Assembly (NCBI RefSeq): GCF_001194135.2
Contig: NC_069002.1
Location: 13,001,708 to 13,065,707 of the forward strand
DNA from: Octopus bimaculoides
Lineage: Eukaryota
DNA length: 64,000 nucleotides
Direction: 5' to 3'
Shown here: positions 24,424 to 37,799 of the stretch, piece by piece
How the letters are laid out: the number at the start of each line of letters is the position of its first letter
Position numbering within the stretch: position 1 is the stretch's first letter
Notes under the pieces: generated by a model
The model's database searches: none
What the model was told of the DNA's origin: nothing
What the model saw: the letters and a program-made list of their open reading frames with translations, nothing else
Translations under genes and position numbers: made by a program

Positions 24424-25463
24424 ATCTGTCTGTCTGATGATGAGAGATTGTGACAAGTGTTGAAAGAACAAGACTCATTCAACCCATGCCTTTATGGAAA
24501 GACTGTGATGACGACGACAATAATGATTTCCTACAATGGTACAAGACCATACAACTTTATACAGGGGCAATTAGATTACAAGGAATTAAACTGACCCAGT
24601 TTCCATCTACCAAATCCACATGGCTTTGGTTGGCATGGGGCCATCATGGGGGAGACACTTGCCCAAGGTAGAACTGAACTTGAAACCAAATGGTTGTGAA
24701 GCAAACTTGCCTGCATATACATGTGTGTGTGTGTGTGTAGTTTAGCTTGTCTTGCTATGTTAAGTAGCTACCTGACTTAGAGATAAGAATCTTGTAGAGA
24801 TAAAAATAGCACAGTTAAAATAAAAATAAAACACGAGGCAAAAATAGAATCAAATATCTAATTTGAGAGAAAACGCGAAAGGGATTGACAGGTGCTCTGT
24901 TAATTAATCAGTAACATGGCTAATTGGTAAGTGATAGGCAGGTTATCCAGATCTTGTTAGTGGGTTGGGTCTTTGGAGTTTTTTTGTTTTGTTTTATTCT
25001 TTTACTTGTTTCACTCATTAGACTACGGCCATGCTGGGGCACCCCCTTGAAAGTTTTTAGTCAAATGGATTGACCCCAGGATTAATATTTTCTTTTTGAA
25101 CCTGGTACTTATTTTATCAGTCGCTTTTGCTGAATCACTAAGCTACAGGATCGTAAACACACCAACACCAGTTGTTGCGGTTGTCAAATGATGGGGAACA
25201 AAGACATCACCCCCACCACCACCAGCACGTGAAAAGCACTATCCGAATGCGATCAATGCCAGACCCACCTGACTGGCTCCTAACCCTAACCCTGTGCCAG
25301 TAGCATGTAAAAAGCCCCTCTTGGAGTGGTTGACATTAAGAAAGGCATCCAGCTGTAGAAACATTGCCAGATCAGATTGGAGCCGGGTGCAGCTGCTGGC
25401 TTTCCAGACCTCAGTCAAACCGTCCAACCCATGCCAGCATGGAAAACAGGCGTTAAATGATGT

Positions 25464-25866
25464 AGGAGTGGCTGTGTGGTAAGTAGCTTGCTTACCAACC
25501 ACATGGTCCCGGGTTCAGTCCCACTGCGTGGCATCTTAGGTAAGTGTCTTCTACTATAGCCTCAGAACAACCAAAGCCTTGTGAGTGGATTTGGTAGATG
25601 GAAACTGAAAGAAGCCCGTCGTATATATGTATATATATGTATGTATGTGTGTATGTGTCTGTGTGTCTGTGTTTGTCCTCCCAACATCGCTTGACAACCG
25701 ATGCTGGTGTGTTTACGTCCCCGTACCTTAGCGGTTCAGCAAAAAGAGACCGATAGAATAAGTACTAGGCTTCCAAAGAATAAGTCCTGGGGTCGATTTG
25801 CTCAACTAAAGGTGGTGCTCCAGCATAGCCACAGTCAAAAGACTGAAACAAGTAAAAGAGTAAGAG
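25464..25866 (+). mobile_element. SINE family A copy
   Basis: Full length; starts directly after an RTE tail. Confidence 0.9.
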
Positions 25867-26500
25867 TATATATGCTGAGCTTCTTTCAATTTTCGTCTAC
25901 CAAACCCACTCACAAGGCTTTGGCCTGATGCTATAGTAGAAGACACTTGCTCAAGGTGCCACACGGTGGGAATGAACACAGAACCATGTGGTTGAGAAGC
26001 AAGCTTCTTACCACAAACCCACGCCTGCACCTGTTTTGTTTTCTATCTTAAATTAGTTTTTACACTGTTATGCGAGTAGTCATATAGCTCCCCTACAGCA
26101 AGAAACCTGTTCTGCTCCAGCCCTTCTTTCTCATACTTTACTCTCCTCTGCTTCTTAATCTCCTAGCAGAATGTTCTCCCTTGCCCACTCTCCATTTGGG
26201 GGTTTGTAGTCTTGCAAAGTACATGCCAAACTACCATCACAAACATCGTACACAACATGACAAATGATGAGAGAGAGAGAGAGAGAGAGAGGCAGAGAGC
26301 GAGAGCTAGAGAGTGGGGAGAGGGCAGTGGCAAGAGAGGAAGTAGTGTTGGTTGTTGTGATGAAAAGTTTAGCATCTGTGTTAAAAGATATAACATAGAA
26401 AGAAGTGGGGAGGAAGAGGAGGAGAGAAGGCTAGTTTTGTTTTGTACTTATGTAACAGATGCAACAATACAACAATACGATAACACACATACATATACAT

Positions 26501-26548
<48 letters not shown>

Positions 26549-26774
26549 GCATGCAGCTACACATATATGTGTGTGTATTACTTTCACATGTGTATGAATA
26601 GAGAAACAGAGAGAGAATTGTGTTAGTTCATAAGAACTAAACTACAATCCAATCGAAATAAAGAACATAAAGTACAGACACACACACACATACATAAACT
26701 CACACATGTAACATAATGAATTCACTAAATGTCTAAAAGATATTATAGATTATATTTTTACATGAAAACATAGG

Positions 26775-27337
26775 ATAGCTGTGTAAAGAAGTGTTGATCC
26801 CTAACTGTGTAAGGAACTTGTGGAAAAGGTAGATCCAGGAAGACATGGGATGAGGTGGTGAAGCATGATCTTCAGATGTTGTGTCTCATGGAGGTGATGA
26901 GAAGTGATGGAGACCTTTGATGATTTTCTGTGCTTGAGAAGACATGTCAAGCTAAGTGAAATCACAGTTGTGGCCAGTGCTGGTGGCATGTAAAAGGTAT
27001 CCATGCTAGTGACACATGAGAGGCACATGTGCCAGTGACATAAAAAGCACCCATGCTAGTCACACATGAGAGGCACATGTGCCAGTGACATAAAAAGCAC
27101 CCATGCTAGTGACACATGAGAGGCACATGTGCCAGTGACATAAAAAGCACCCATGCTGGTGACATGTAAAAGGTATCCATTACACCCTGTGGCATGGTTG
27201 GGGTTAGGAAAGCAATCCAGCCAGAGAAACCAAGCCAAAACAGACTGGAGCATGGTGCAACTCTCCAGCTTACCAATTCCAGTTAAACCATCCAACTTTT
27301 GTCAGCACGGAAAACAGGCACTAAATGATGATGATGA
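26775..27337 (+). mobile_element. Older RTE-like LINE 3' end with 3 x 50-bp tandem repeat (27001-27150)
   Basis: DSCVKKC...GTCGKGRSRKTWDEVVKHDL...EKTCQAK*, then the same 3' tail as 4284-5098. Confidence 0.7.
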
Positions 27338-27760
27338 TTCTTTAATTCTTTAACTTGTTTCAGTCATTTGACTGCGGCCATGCTGGAGCACCACCTTTAG
27401 TCGAATCAAATCGACCCTAGGACTTATTCTTTGTAAGCCTAGTACTTATTCTATCGGTCTCTTTTTGCCGAACCGCTAAGTTACGGGGACCTAAACACAC
27501 CAGCATCCGTTGTCAAGCAATGTTGGGGTACAAACACAGATACACAACATATACACACATACATATATATATATATACATACATACATACATATATACGA
27601 TGGACTTCTTTCAGTTTCCGTCTACCAAATCCACTCACAAGGCTTTGGTCGGCCCGAGGCTATAGTAGAAGACACTTGCCCAAGGTGCCACGCAGTGGGA
27701 CTGAACCCGGAACCATGTGGTTGGTAAGCAAGCTACTTACCACACAGCCACTCCTGCGCC
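27338..27760 (-). mobile_element. SINE family A copy
   Basis: Full length, inverted relative to 25464-25866. Confidence 0.9.
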
Positions 27761-28499
27761 TATGATGATGATAATAATAATAATAATGATGACGATGATG
27801 ATGACAATGACGGAACTACTAAATGTCAGCTTTGTAGTTAGACTTTTGTTTAGTTCAGTGCAGTGAAATGCATATGTATATGGTTTAAGGAAGTTTGTTA
27901 TCCAGTTTAATGTTGAGCTGTTCACTTTTCCTAACAAGCCATTATTTGTTAGTAGTATACAGAAAAAAGTCCTACAATACATTTGCAATTTTAGGTGGAA
28001 AGAAGATAAAGGGAGTATGACAAACTTAGATAAATTGTTGGCTAGGTAGCTAGCTACAGAGCTAGATAGCTAGATAGCAAGGCAGCTAGATAGATATACA
28101 GTTATATTAGATACAGGTATATAATTACATACACAGGCATGTACTGATGCAAACAAACACCTAAGCATGAATCTTTGGAGAACAGATAGATTCTGGCACT
28201 CAGGCATACTAATTCACACACACAAACAAACAAACAAACATTTACAAACATATATATATATATATATATACGTACACACACAGAAACTCCCCATACATCT
28301 AGTTATCCAATATATTTAAATACACATATGTATGTATGTATGTATGTATGTATGTGTGTGTGCATACACACATACATGCACACACACATATCTACACACA
28401 CATACACACACACACACATATCTAGACATACATATGTACATACATACATCATTTGTTAGACATATCTGAGCAAGCCTACAAAGGTTTATAGGCCAGCTA

Positions 28500-29108
28500 G
28501 AAAAGAGTGGGAGAGGGGGGGGAGACAGAGGGAGGGGAGAAGCAGGAGAGAGAGAAAGAGAGAGAGGGGGAAGGAAGCAGGAGTGTGCAAGAAAGTGAAA
28601 TAGAGGGAGACTCAGGAAGAGTGTAGAGGGAAGCATATTTGTGTGTGTGTGTTGTGTGTGTCTGCATATGTATGTTAAGAGCAAAAAGGCGAGTGTGAGA
28701 TGGAGAGATAGACTAGAGGGAGAGGCAGAGAAAGAGGAAGAGGAACAGGAGTGGAGGTAGAAGCAGAGAGCGATAGCAGGAGGAGAGGAAGTAGATGGAT
28801 GAGAAAGAATTGTGGAGGGAAAGAAGAAAAAGAGAACAAGAGGAGCAGAGAAAGTGAGAGAGAGGGAGATAGAGATTGAGTGGAGGAGACAGAAAGAGAG
28901 GATGAGAGAACAAAGAGATAGAGATAAAGAAAGAGAAAGAGAGATTGAGTGATAGAGAAAGAGAGATTGAGTGTTAGAGAAAGACAGATAAAACAAATGA
29001 AATGGAATGAGAGATGCAAAGAAAAAGATAGAGTGGAGGTGGGGGCAGAGAGAGTAAAAGGCAGAGAAAGTTGGAAAGCAAGGGAGAGAAAGAATAAAAG
29101 TTACTGAA

Positions 29109-29141
<33 letters not shown>

Positions 29142-29207
29142 NNNNNNNNNNNNNNNNNNNNNNNNNNNNNNNNNNNNNNNNNNNNNNNNNNNNNNNNNNN
29201 NNNNNNT

Positions 29208-29295
<88 letters not shown>
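28500..29295. repeat. Purine-rich GA low-complexity tract ending in (TA)n/gap/(GATA)n/(GA)n
   Basis: Direct reading; explains the S/L-rich minus-strand ORFs. Confidence 0.85.
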
Positions 29296-29297
<2 letters not shown>

Positions 29298-29600
29298 AGA
29301 GATATTTGTGAAAGTGTGTCAAGGGCTTACAAAACGTCAGCTTGGGTGCCATATCTACAGCTAGACATCTGTAATGATGGTGGTATTGGTGGCGGTGGTG
29401 GTGATGGTGGGAGATGATGTGGCAGGTACAGTAAGCAGTATGCATACATACAGTTTTACACACCACACACACACAAAGAAATAGATATGTATGTGTGTAT
29501 GTATGCATATGTGTGTGTGTGTATATATAAATATATACATACATACACACACATATAGAGAGACAGATACATACACATACACAACACATGTATATACATA

Positions 29601-30018
29601 CACTTTGAAGATTTCTTTGAGCTGTACATCTAGTATAAAGAAAATCTTAAGTTGGCTCAAAACTAGAAGAGAGGCAACAGTCTGCTCATGCAGAGGTAAA
29701 GCCACTTGCCCATTAGATAGCCATTGCAACAGAGACACTGTTGTGTATGAGGCAAAGATCATGTTAAATAATCCCAGTGGAGCAACAAACACACTGGAAT
29801 ATGTAAGTACAACAGAGAGTCCTCTCAGAACTAGATTCAAAAACAACCACATGTCCTCATTTAATGTCCAAGAGAGGCAAAATGTCACAACTCTATCAAG
29901 GCATGTATGGACATTGAAGGAAAATGCTATGCACTGTGATATCAAATGAAAGACACTTGAAACATGCAAACCTTACTTTAATGACAATTGAAGATGCAAA
30001 CACTGTTTGGCTGAGAAA
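29601..30018 (+). mobile_element. Penelope-like element GIY-YIG endonuclease fragment
   Basis: KISLSC...CSCRGKATCPLDSHC...VVYEA...EYVSTTE...RFKNNH.SSF...TTLSRHVWTLK...IK*K...CKHCLAEK; embedded in CA/TA microsatellites. Confidence 0.7.
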
Positions 30019-31474
30019 TGAACTTTCTCCATCTAAGTACCTACCTAAATAGTAAGGTTTTTTTTTTGCTCCTGTCCTCATGAATGTAGATATGAGTGAC
30101 ATAAACATCTCTTCATACACATAAATCGTGTGTGATAAATAGTTAGATATATATAGAGAGAGAGAGAGAAAAGAAAATAACATAACAAATGTCTGATATC
30201 AAATAAACATTGAATTAGTGATGCTAAGTAAACAGCACCAAAATGGCTGTGCCAAAACATCTACCAATATATCAAATATTTCATAAAGAAACAAGAAACC
30301 AATTTTCTCTGAAATTTTTATTGCATGGTTATAGTCCATTGTTTCCAAGTGAATTCTCTGTGAATTAAATTTTGTAATGGCTGTCTATGTTTAGTCATAT
30401 CAAAAGATTAGTTAAAAATGAGATGAAATATGGGGTAAAAATGAAAAAATGCCAGGATAACTGAAAGTAGACAACATGAAACACAAGAAGAAAATGGAAT
30501 GAAGAGTAAAATAAATCCTATCGTTTTTGATTGGTTCTGCACTGCTATATAGTACATAGGTATCGAGATGAAAGCATCTTTGTGTGAAGTAGATTACACT
30601 ACAGGTCTTGTGTCTCTGTGAGAGAAGGAAAAGGGATCTGTTAACCAGTTTCTAGTCTTTTAAGACCCTCATCAAAGGAAAAGTATCCATTTTATCTCCA
30701 TAGAGAGATTACTAGGTTATAACTGAATAGTGTATTAATAATTAATAAATCCCCTTTGTCAGCACATATGCTATAATGCAAAATTTGACCAATTTAGCAA
30801 CACACACACATGTATATACAAATATATATAAGTATATATAAATATATATTTATATGTACATGTATGTGTGTGTGTATTTGTGCCTGTAATTCAAAGGGTC
30901 AGCCTTGTCACACTGTGTCACGCTGAATATCCCCGAGAACTACGTTAAGTGGTACACGTGTCTGTGGAGTGCTCAGCCACTTGCACGTTAATTTCACGAG
31001 CAGACTGTTCCGTTGATCGGATCAACTGGAACCCTCGACGTCGTAAGCGACGGAGTGCCAAGAAGAAGACATGTGTGTGTGAGTGTACACACACACACAC
31101 ACACACACACAAATATCACCATACCTAATGTATCAAATTCTTACGATGCAATCATACAAACACATGTCCGCGCACGCATATACACACGGAGAGAGAGAGA
31201 GGGGGGGGATAATAAGTGAAATGCTAAGAGTCTATAACAGATGAAATCTGATAGGGATAAGAGCTTTCTCTCTTCATGGGGTCACACGACTTTCTAGTGG
31301 TGATGTCTATCTAGACGTCTACATCTTATGTTTGTGTATATAAAGGTATTTATCTAGAGTGATCTACTTGTGACCACTCCGTTTAATATAATATAATGGT
31401 GAGTACATGGTCGAGTATAGTCACCGTTGTACCAATAAAAACAACTGGATTTCAGATGGCACGGCGAGATTTAG

Positions 31475-31618
31475 TTACTAGTTGTAGAAGACATACATGC
31501 ATATATACATACATTCATAAATACATACATATATACATGTACATGTTTGTATGCATGTATGTACGTATGTAATGCATGTATGTATGTATTTATAAATGCA
31601 TGTATGTACGCATGGACG

Positions 31619-31666
<48 letters not shown>

Positions 31667-31782
31667 CATACATTCATAAATACATACATACATACATATA
31701 TACATACATACATACAAAAAACATGTACATGTATTTATGTATGTATGTATTTATGAATGCATGCATGTATGTACGCATGCAC

Positions 31783-31832
<50 letters not shown>

Positions 31833-31935
31833 TTGTGCATGCGTACATACATACATATACACACATGCATGTATACATACATACATACATACATACACAC
31901 ACAAAAACATTTACAATTACAGAAACGCACATGCA
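31475..31935. repeat. Compound TACA/TATG/TA microsatellite with internal duplication and inverted segments
   Basis: catacattcataaatacatac occurs twice and is followed by complementary gtatgtatttat segments. Confidence 0.8.
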
Positions 31936-32360
31936 AGTACAAACACACCCACACCCAGCGGGCACAGCCACATACTCGTTGTTGATTGGATGGTTGCTAA
32001 CACACCCGACTCCTAAGTAAAGTGAAACCTAAGCATCTGTGATATTTCGAGATGTACGTATGTACAAGTAACTGACGTAACAACAACAACAACAGTAGTA
32101 GTGTTATTAGTAGTAGTAGTAATAGTAGTAGTAATAGTAGTAGTAATAGTAGTAGTAATAGTAGTAGTAGTAGTACCGCCAACGGCGGCAGTGGAGTTGG
32201 TGGCTGTGGAGATAGTCAGCAAGCCAATTGGAGATTGATGATGACGATGACGATGGCAATTATCGATGTTTATAAACGTTTAGTCAAGTTAATGGTGGCG
32301 TTAGTTTGGATGAGATTGTGATGATGATGACGATAACGATGATAGCCAGGGTGGTGGTGG

Positions 32361-32394
<34 letters not shown>

Positions 32395-33220
32395 GGTGAT
32401 GACGACGATGATGATGATGGTGGTGGTGGTGGTGGTGATGTCGTTGACTATAAATATATAGTTCAAGCCACGACCATCTTGTCTTATTCTTCAGCGACAC
32501 TCATCCTATTTATTGTATTACTCAAAACTTCACGATCCAACTTGTTCTTCTCTAAACCGTTGGAATGTGAACTGAAGGAGGTTTGACTGTTGTTTTTAGA
32601 TGTTCGGGCGGCCACGTAGTAGTTCCTTCATTTGTTCGTCATGATGGTATTTATGATGTTGGTGTTGGTGATGATGCTGATGTTGATGTTAATTACGTCA
32701 AAAGAAGTGAATGGTTAAAGTGTGCTCCGAAGGAGAATTGGCTGCTATTTTTAGCTGAAAGCACAAGCGCATAAAGTCTGAATGTTTGGAGTGTGTATGT
32801 CGGTGAGGATGCGGTTATTAGAGGTGAGTCTGTTGTTAAAAGTTATAATGTAAGAGAAAGAGAGAAAGAAAGAGAGTGTGTGAATGAAGGCAAAGAGCAT
32901 GAAAAAGAAGGCAGCTGTGTGTGTGTCCCACTCATCTCATTATGTCGGTCCGTCAGTGCGGAGAGATACTCTTGAGAGAATGTCTATCGACCTACATCCT
33001 ATGGCGAGCACTTGCAACGTGAGACAGAGAACACATGTAAAGGTCTACGGTAAACAAACATCCCAGCGCTTTAACCTCCCCACACCCCGCTTTAGTTTAT
33101 AATAGAAATACGCATAGGAATGGGACCTTGGCAATAAGACTAGTCCGATGTTAAGAGAGATTTCGTCACTGAGAGTGCACAACGACTCAATAGATAAACG
33201 GTGCTATGACTATGTTAACA

Positions 33221-33688
33221 TTTTGCTTTTGCTTCAGTCATTTGACTGCGGCCAGGCTGGAGCACCTCCTTGAAGGGTTTTTACTCGAACAAATCGACCC
33301 CGAGACTTATTCTCTTAAAACCTAGTAATTATTCTATCGGAGTTTTTTTGGGGGAGGGGTTGCCGAACTACTAGGCTACAAGGACGTAAACACACCAGCA
33401 CTATCTATCGGTCTCTTTTGCCGAACCGCTAAGTGACAGGGACGTAAACACACCAGCATCGGTTGTCAAGCGATGGCAGGGGGACAAACACACATACACA
33501 CACTGCCGAACCGCTAAGTGACAGGGACGTAAACACACTAACATCGGTTGTCAAGCGATGGCAGGGGGACAAACACACACAAACGCACATATATATACGG
33601 AGGGTTTCTTTCAGTTTCCATCTATCAAATTTACTCACAAGGCTTTGGTCGGCCCGAGGCTATAGTAGAAGACACTTGCTCAAGGTGG
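33221..33688 (-). mobile_element. SINE family A copy with internal 85-bp tandem duplication
   Basis: gccgaaccgctaagtgacagggacg starts at both 33420 and 33505; 5' head missing. Confidence 0.8.
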
Positions 33689-33725
33689 TTAGAAATTTTA
33701 AAAAAAACGCATAATATACAACAAA

Positions 33726-33840
33726 ATCAGTAATCTTCAGATAACGTTGTTAGCTTTCGTTAAAGCATGTCCTGCAAAGGTTCCTTTTGATATAAAAATG
33801 GTCTCTCTGTAATCTTCAACGTTATCTGAAGATTACTGAT
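33726..33840. repeat. Perfect 24-bp inverted repeat with 67-bp spacer
   Basis: atcagtaatcttcagataacgttg (33726-33749) vs caacgttatctgaagattactgat (33817-33840). Confidence 0.9.
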
Positions 33841-34910
33841 ACACCAAGCCCCTGGCCTTTATCGATACCAGATATCTTACCTCAGATTGACTTTGGATGA
33901 TGCCAATGAAGTAGAGAAGTCTACGAAGTATTGAAAACCCAAGTAAATCTAAAACTTTCTTGGATACAGTCTTAACATTTAAAAAAAAGATTTTTTCTAA
34001 AATCAAAAATTATTAATTACATTTTTAAAAATCTTCAACTAAAGAAAAAGCATATTAAACAACATTCATCAAGTCCAAGTTAAACTCCCCTTTTTTTAAT
34101 GAGTTTTTATATAATTAATTTTTAATTCAAGAAACATTTTTCACACATACACACATTTCGCTTTCAGCAGTGAAACTCGAAGTAGATAAAGCTATAAATA
34201 ACAGCGTGTGCATGTCAGATTTTAAAGAAAAAAAAACCCTTCGTATAGAAAAAATTGAAGGCTCGAACCTACATCTATAAACAGAAATACACACACACAC
34301 AGAAACAAACAAAAACATACACACGCTTCATGTATAGGAAAAGTGTAGGTAGGAATTCCATACAATATTACAGTGTTTCCAACGTAAATTATAGACTCAC
34401 AAGAGATGTTAAATGGTACCATACGCAGGCTGACAAGAAAGCTAGACATCATATATGACAGATGCACAGGAGCAGCTAGCCGTAACAAACCACATGAAAT
34501 ACATTCCTTTGAAAGCTCGGAGGGTCCCTAGAAATAGTTGAATGCTTTTACTATCTAGGTGACCTAATTAATACTTGAGGTGGGTGTTCCGAATGTATAG
34601 CTGCTAGAATAAGGGCGGGATAGAAAGTTTCAGAGGGCTATTTTTCGGTAAATTTTTACCGGTACCTATTCTTCTTTGTTGACTACGAAAAGTCTGTTTT
34701 TATTTATTTAGTCCCACCACCACCACCAGAGGGAAAGATTAGATTGTTTGGTACTTGTGTACGAAATGCAATGTTGCATGGAAGCAATGTATTGACCTTT
34801 GCTAGTCAGCATGCTGTTTACGCTCGTAATTGCCCTAGAAATAATGAACGTAAACTGCGACAGAAACTGCAAGTGACAACAGTGACATCCCATAATTTCA
34901 TGTAACCAAT

Positions 34911-35345
34911 GAAACTGCTCAAAGCTCAGTTACGTTGGACCGGCCACGTCATCAGAATAAAAAATGACCAGTGCATCCCCAGACAGCTGATGTACGGTGT
35001 GCTGAAGGAAGGTACATGGTAACAAGGAAAACCAAAGTTAGCTGTATAAGGTCACCCTAAAGAGCAGCCTAAAGAAGTGTGGCACCTAGCATTGCAAACT
35101 CGAGACTGCAGCCACAAACAGGGCTACCTGAAGGTCAATCACCTATACCGTTGTAGCTACCCTTGAGGAGGATACATGGCAACGCCTCGCAGCCGTAAGA
35201 GACAGGCATCACTGAGCCGCATCATCCTTAGTTCTGATCACAGACTGCCAGTGTCCAACCTGCGGGCGCCTGTGTGCTTCCAACTTTAGGCTGCGGATCC
35301 ACATGTGCTCCTCCCGCTGACGGAGATCGATGGACCACCAAGAAG
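34911..35345 (+). mobile_element. RTE/BovB-like LINE 3' end
   Basis: QLRWTGHVIRI...IPRQLMYG.L..G...GKPKL...CPTCGRLCAS...H* followed by a cgatggaccaccaagaaga tail; stops and frameshift. Confidence 0.75.
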
Positions 35346-35983
35346 ATGTATAGAACGAACATATTTAATATAAGATGGAAATAATTACACTTCTCTCAGT
35401 GGTGTTCGTTGCTGCTATTTCTGGAATACTTAACATATTAGAAGGTGCTATATGACATGATGAAGGAGTTCTTTATGATCTCTTTATGAAATTTTAAGAT
35501 TTCACTGTCGTCACTTCTGGTTTCTATCGCAATTTACTGGGGGATTTTGGGGACAACTTTAATTTTTTACGACCGTAAATCGTGTTAACCAATTTGCCAA
35601 GACTGGAAAGAAATGAAGCGAGCATTCTCCACTGGATGTGTAATGTTAGTGTGTATGAACGACGGAGATGTGAGCCACGAGAACAATCGGATATGAGAGG
35701 AATCAGAGAATAATAAGGTTAGAGAAGACTACGTCGATATGAACATTTGAAGTGCATGGAGGGTGTCAACTACATAAAGACCTGCTAAATGCTCCAAGTG
35801 GAGTGAACCTATAGAAGAGGGAAACCGAGGGAGGCATGGGAAGAAGTGACGAAGACTGGTTTTAAACTGCTCAGCCTCACTAAGAAGTATTACCCGGGCG
35901 GCACACTGAAGCTACGTCACTCGTAGCAGGTGGTGTTAAACCGGACTGGTATTCAAGAGATGTACAGTACCAGTAGTTCTCAA

Positions 35984-36141
35984 CACTAGCGTAGCAAGAG
36001 TGTGTGCCGCCCCTCTTGTTTGTCGCCCCCGGACCCCACAAAAAAGCACATATTGCCCACAACAGATCCAAAAGTACCGCCCCTTTAAAAGTGCTGCCTG
36101 GGGCGGACCGCCCCTACGCCCCCCCCCCAGCTACGCTAGTG
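35984..36141. mobile_element. 158-bp hAT-type MITE
   Basis: Perfect 12-bp TIRs cactagcgtagc/gctacgctagtg and a perfect 8-bp TSD gttctcaa (35976-35983, 36142-36149). Confidence 0.8.
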
Positions 36142-37799
36142 GTTCTCAACTATTTTTTGCCTATGCCTACCCCTACTTTGAGGACTCCCACCCCAGATAT
36201 TCAATCTTCTAAAAAATCCTACTGTATTTTTATAATTAAATATTATTAGGAATTGTATAAAAAAAAACACTTAAAATATTTTGTGTATTNNNNNNNNNNN
36301 NNNNNNNNNNNNNNNNNNNNNNNNNNNNNNNNNNNNNNNNNNNNNNNNNNNNNNNNNNNNNNNNNNNNNNNNNNNNNNNNNNNNNNNNNNNNNNNNNNNN
36401 NNNNNNNNNNNNNNNNNNNNNNNNNNNNNNNNNNNNNNNNNNNNNNNNNNNNNNNNNNNNNNNNNNNNNNNNNNNNNNNNNNNNNNNNNNNNNNNNNNNN
36501 NNNNNNNNNNNNNNNNNNNNNNNNNNNNNNNNNNNNNNNNNNNNNNNNNNNNNNNNNNNNNNNNNNNNNNNNNNNNNNNNNNNNNNNNNNNNNNNNNNNN
36601 NNNNNNNNNNNNNNNNNNNNNNNNNNNNNNNNNNNNNNNNNNNNNNNNNNNNNNNNNNNNNNNNNNNNNNNNNNNNNNNNNNNNNNNNNNNNNNNNNNNN
36701 NNNNNNNNNNNNNNNNNNNNNNNNNNNNNNNNNNNNNNNNNNNNNNNNNNNNNNNNNNNNNNNNNNNNNNNNNNNNNNNNNNNNNNNNNNNNNNNNNNNN
36801 NNNNNNNNNNNNNNNNNNNNNNNNNNNNNNNNNNNNNNNNNNNNNNNNNNNNNNNNNNNNNNNNNNNNNNNNNNNNNNNNNNNNNNNNNNNNNNNNNNNN
36901 NNNNNNNNNNNNNNNNNNNNNNNNNNNNNNNNNNNNNNNNNNNNNNNNNNNNNNNNNNNNNNNNNNNNNNNNNNNNNNNNNNNNNNNNNNNNNNNNNNNN
37001 NNNNNNNNNNNNNNNNNNNNNNNNNNNNNNNNNNNNNNNNNNNNNNNNNNNNNNNNNNNNNNNNNNNNNNNNNNNNNNNNNNNNNNNNNNNCTAACTCCG
37101 AGGAGTAAAGGCCCGTCCGTATAGATGGCTTGTCTGTTTATGAGTTTATGTGATAGAAAAATAACATAGACGTTCGAGTGAGAGAGAGATTAGAGAGGGA
37201 AAGAGAGATGAGATTAGAGAAAGATGTAGTAAGAGAGGGAGAGAGAAATGATAAGAAAGATAGAAATGAGATTAGAGAGAGAGAGAGAGGTGAGAGCTAG
37301 CCGACAAGGTGGTCCAACTCATAAAAAACTAAATCAAAACAGAAAAGTACAAAAACATGTAAACAAACCAGATCACAACAGCTACTCGCAACACCTTACA
37401 CTTAACACACACACACATCGAACACATAAACACACATCCATATACACATCTAACACACAAAGCCCCCTCCCCCCACAACCTTCAAGTAGCTTGACTTTTC
37501 TGCAAATAAAAATAAATATACAAAAGATCAAAACAATAATAATAAATAATGTAAACACGCTTTCGCAACCATCGTCATCGTCTATAAAAATAACAGCCTC
37601 GAACGACCTACTCAGTTTCTGCTAGAAATAACAGCTAAATTTCCCCCCCGACAAACGTGGATTGGCAACCGTTTCGCAGAAGCGGGTCGCATGAAACATG
37701 GTTCATCATCAGTAATTTTTCGTTAGGTTTACCATTCAGAAAGTCCTACGGGCCGCCGATTCCCCATGACTGCTAGAGTCCACCATCTGATCTCCTTTT

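Noticed and set aside
25280-25293. (CCCTAA)2 telomere-like words here and at about 13147
   Set aside because: Only two units each; expected by chance or inside other repeats.
27001-27164. Regular 50-bp repeat that could be mistaken for a CRISPR array
   Set aside because: Contiguous tandem units without unique spacers, inside a LINE 3'UTR in a eukaryotic genome.
29947-30021. Three in-frame TGA codons in the Penelope-like relic (selenocysteine recoding idea)
   Set aside because: They fall at Trp and other non-Cys positions, and no SECIS is evident; they are ordinary decay.
32013-32500. Poly-His, poly-Thr and poly-Leu ORFs
   Set aside because: Translations of (GAT/GGT/TAG)n triplet repeats with non-ATG starts.
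33881-33996. Open minus-strand frame with a hydrophobic stretch (VLDLLGFSILRRLLYFIGIIQSQSE) ending at a strong GAG|GTAAGA donor in phase 0
   Set aside because: No in-frame ATG (the nearby ATG at 33978 stops after 9 codons). Both possible acceptors need a phase-1 upstream exon, whereas exons 1a and 1b are phase 0.
37728-37786. Short ATG ORFs (MVDSSSHGESAARRTF*, MGNRRPVGLSE) near a GTAAAC donor
   Set aside because: One stops before the donor; the other ends in phase 2, incompatible with exon 2.
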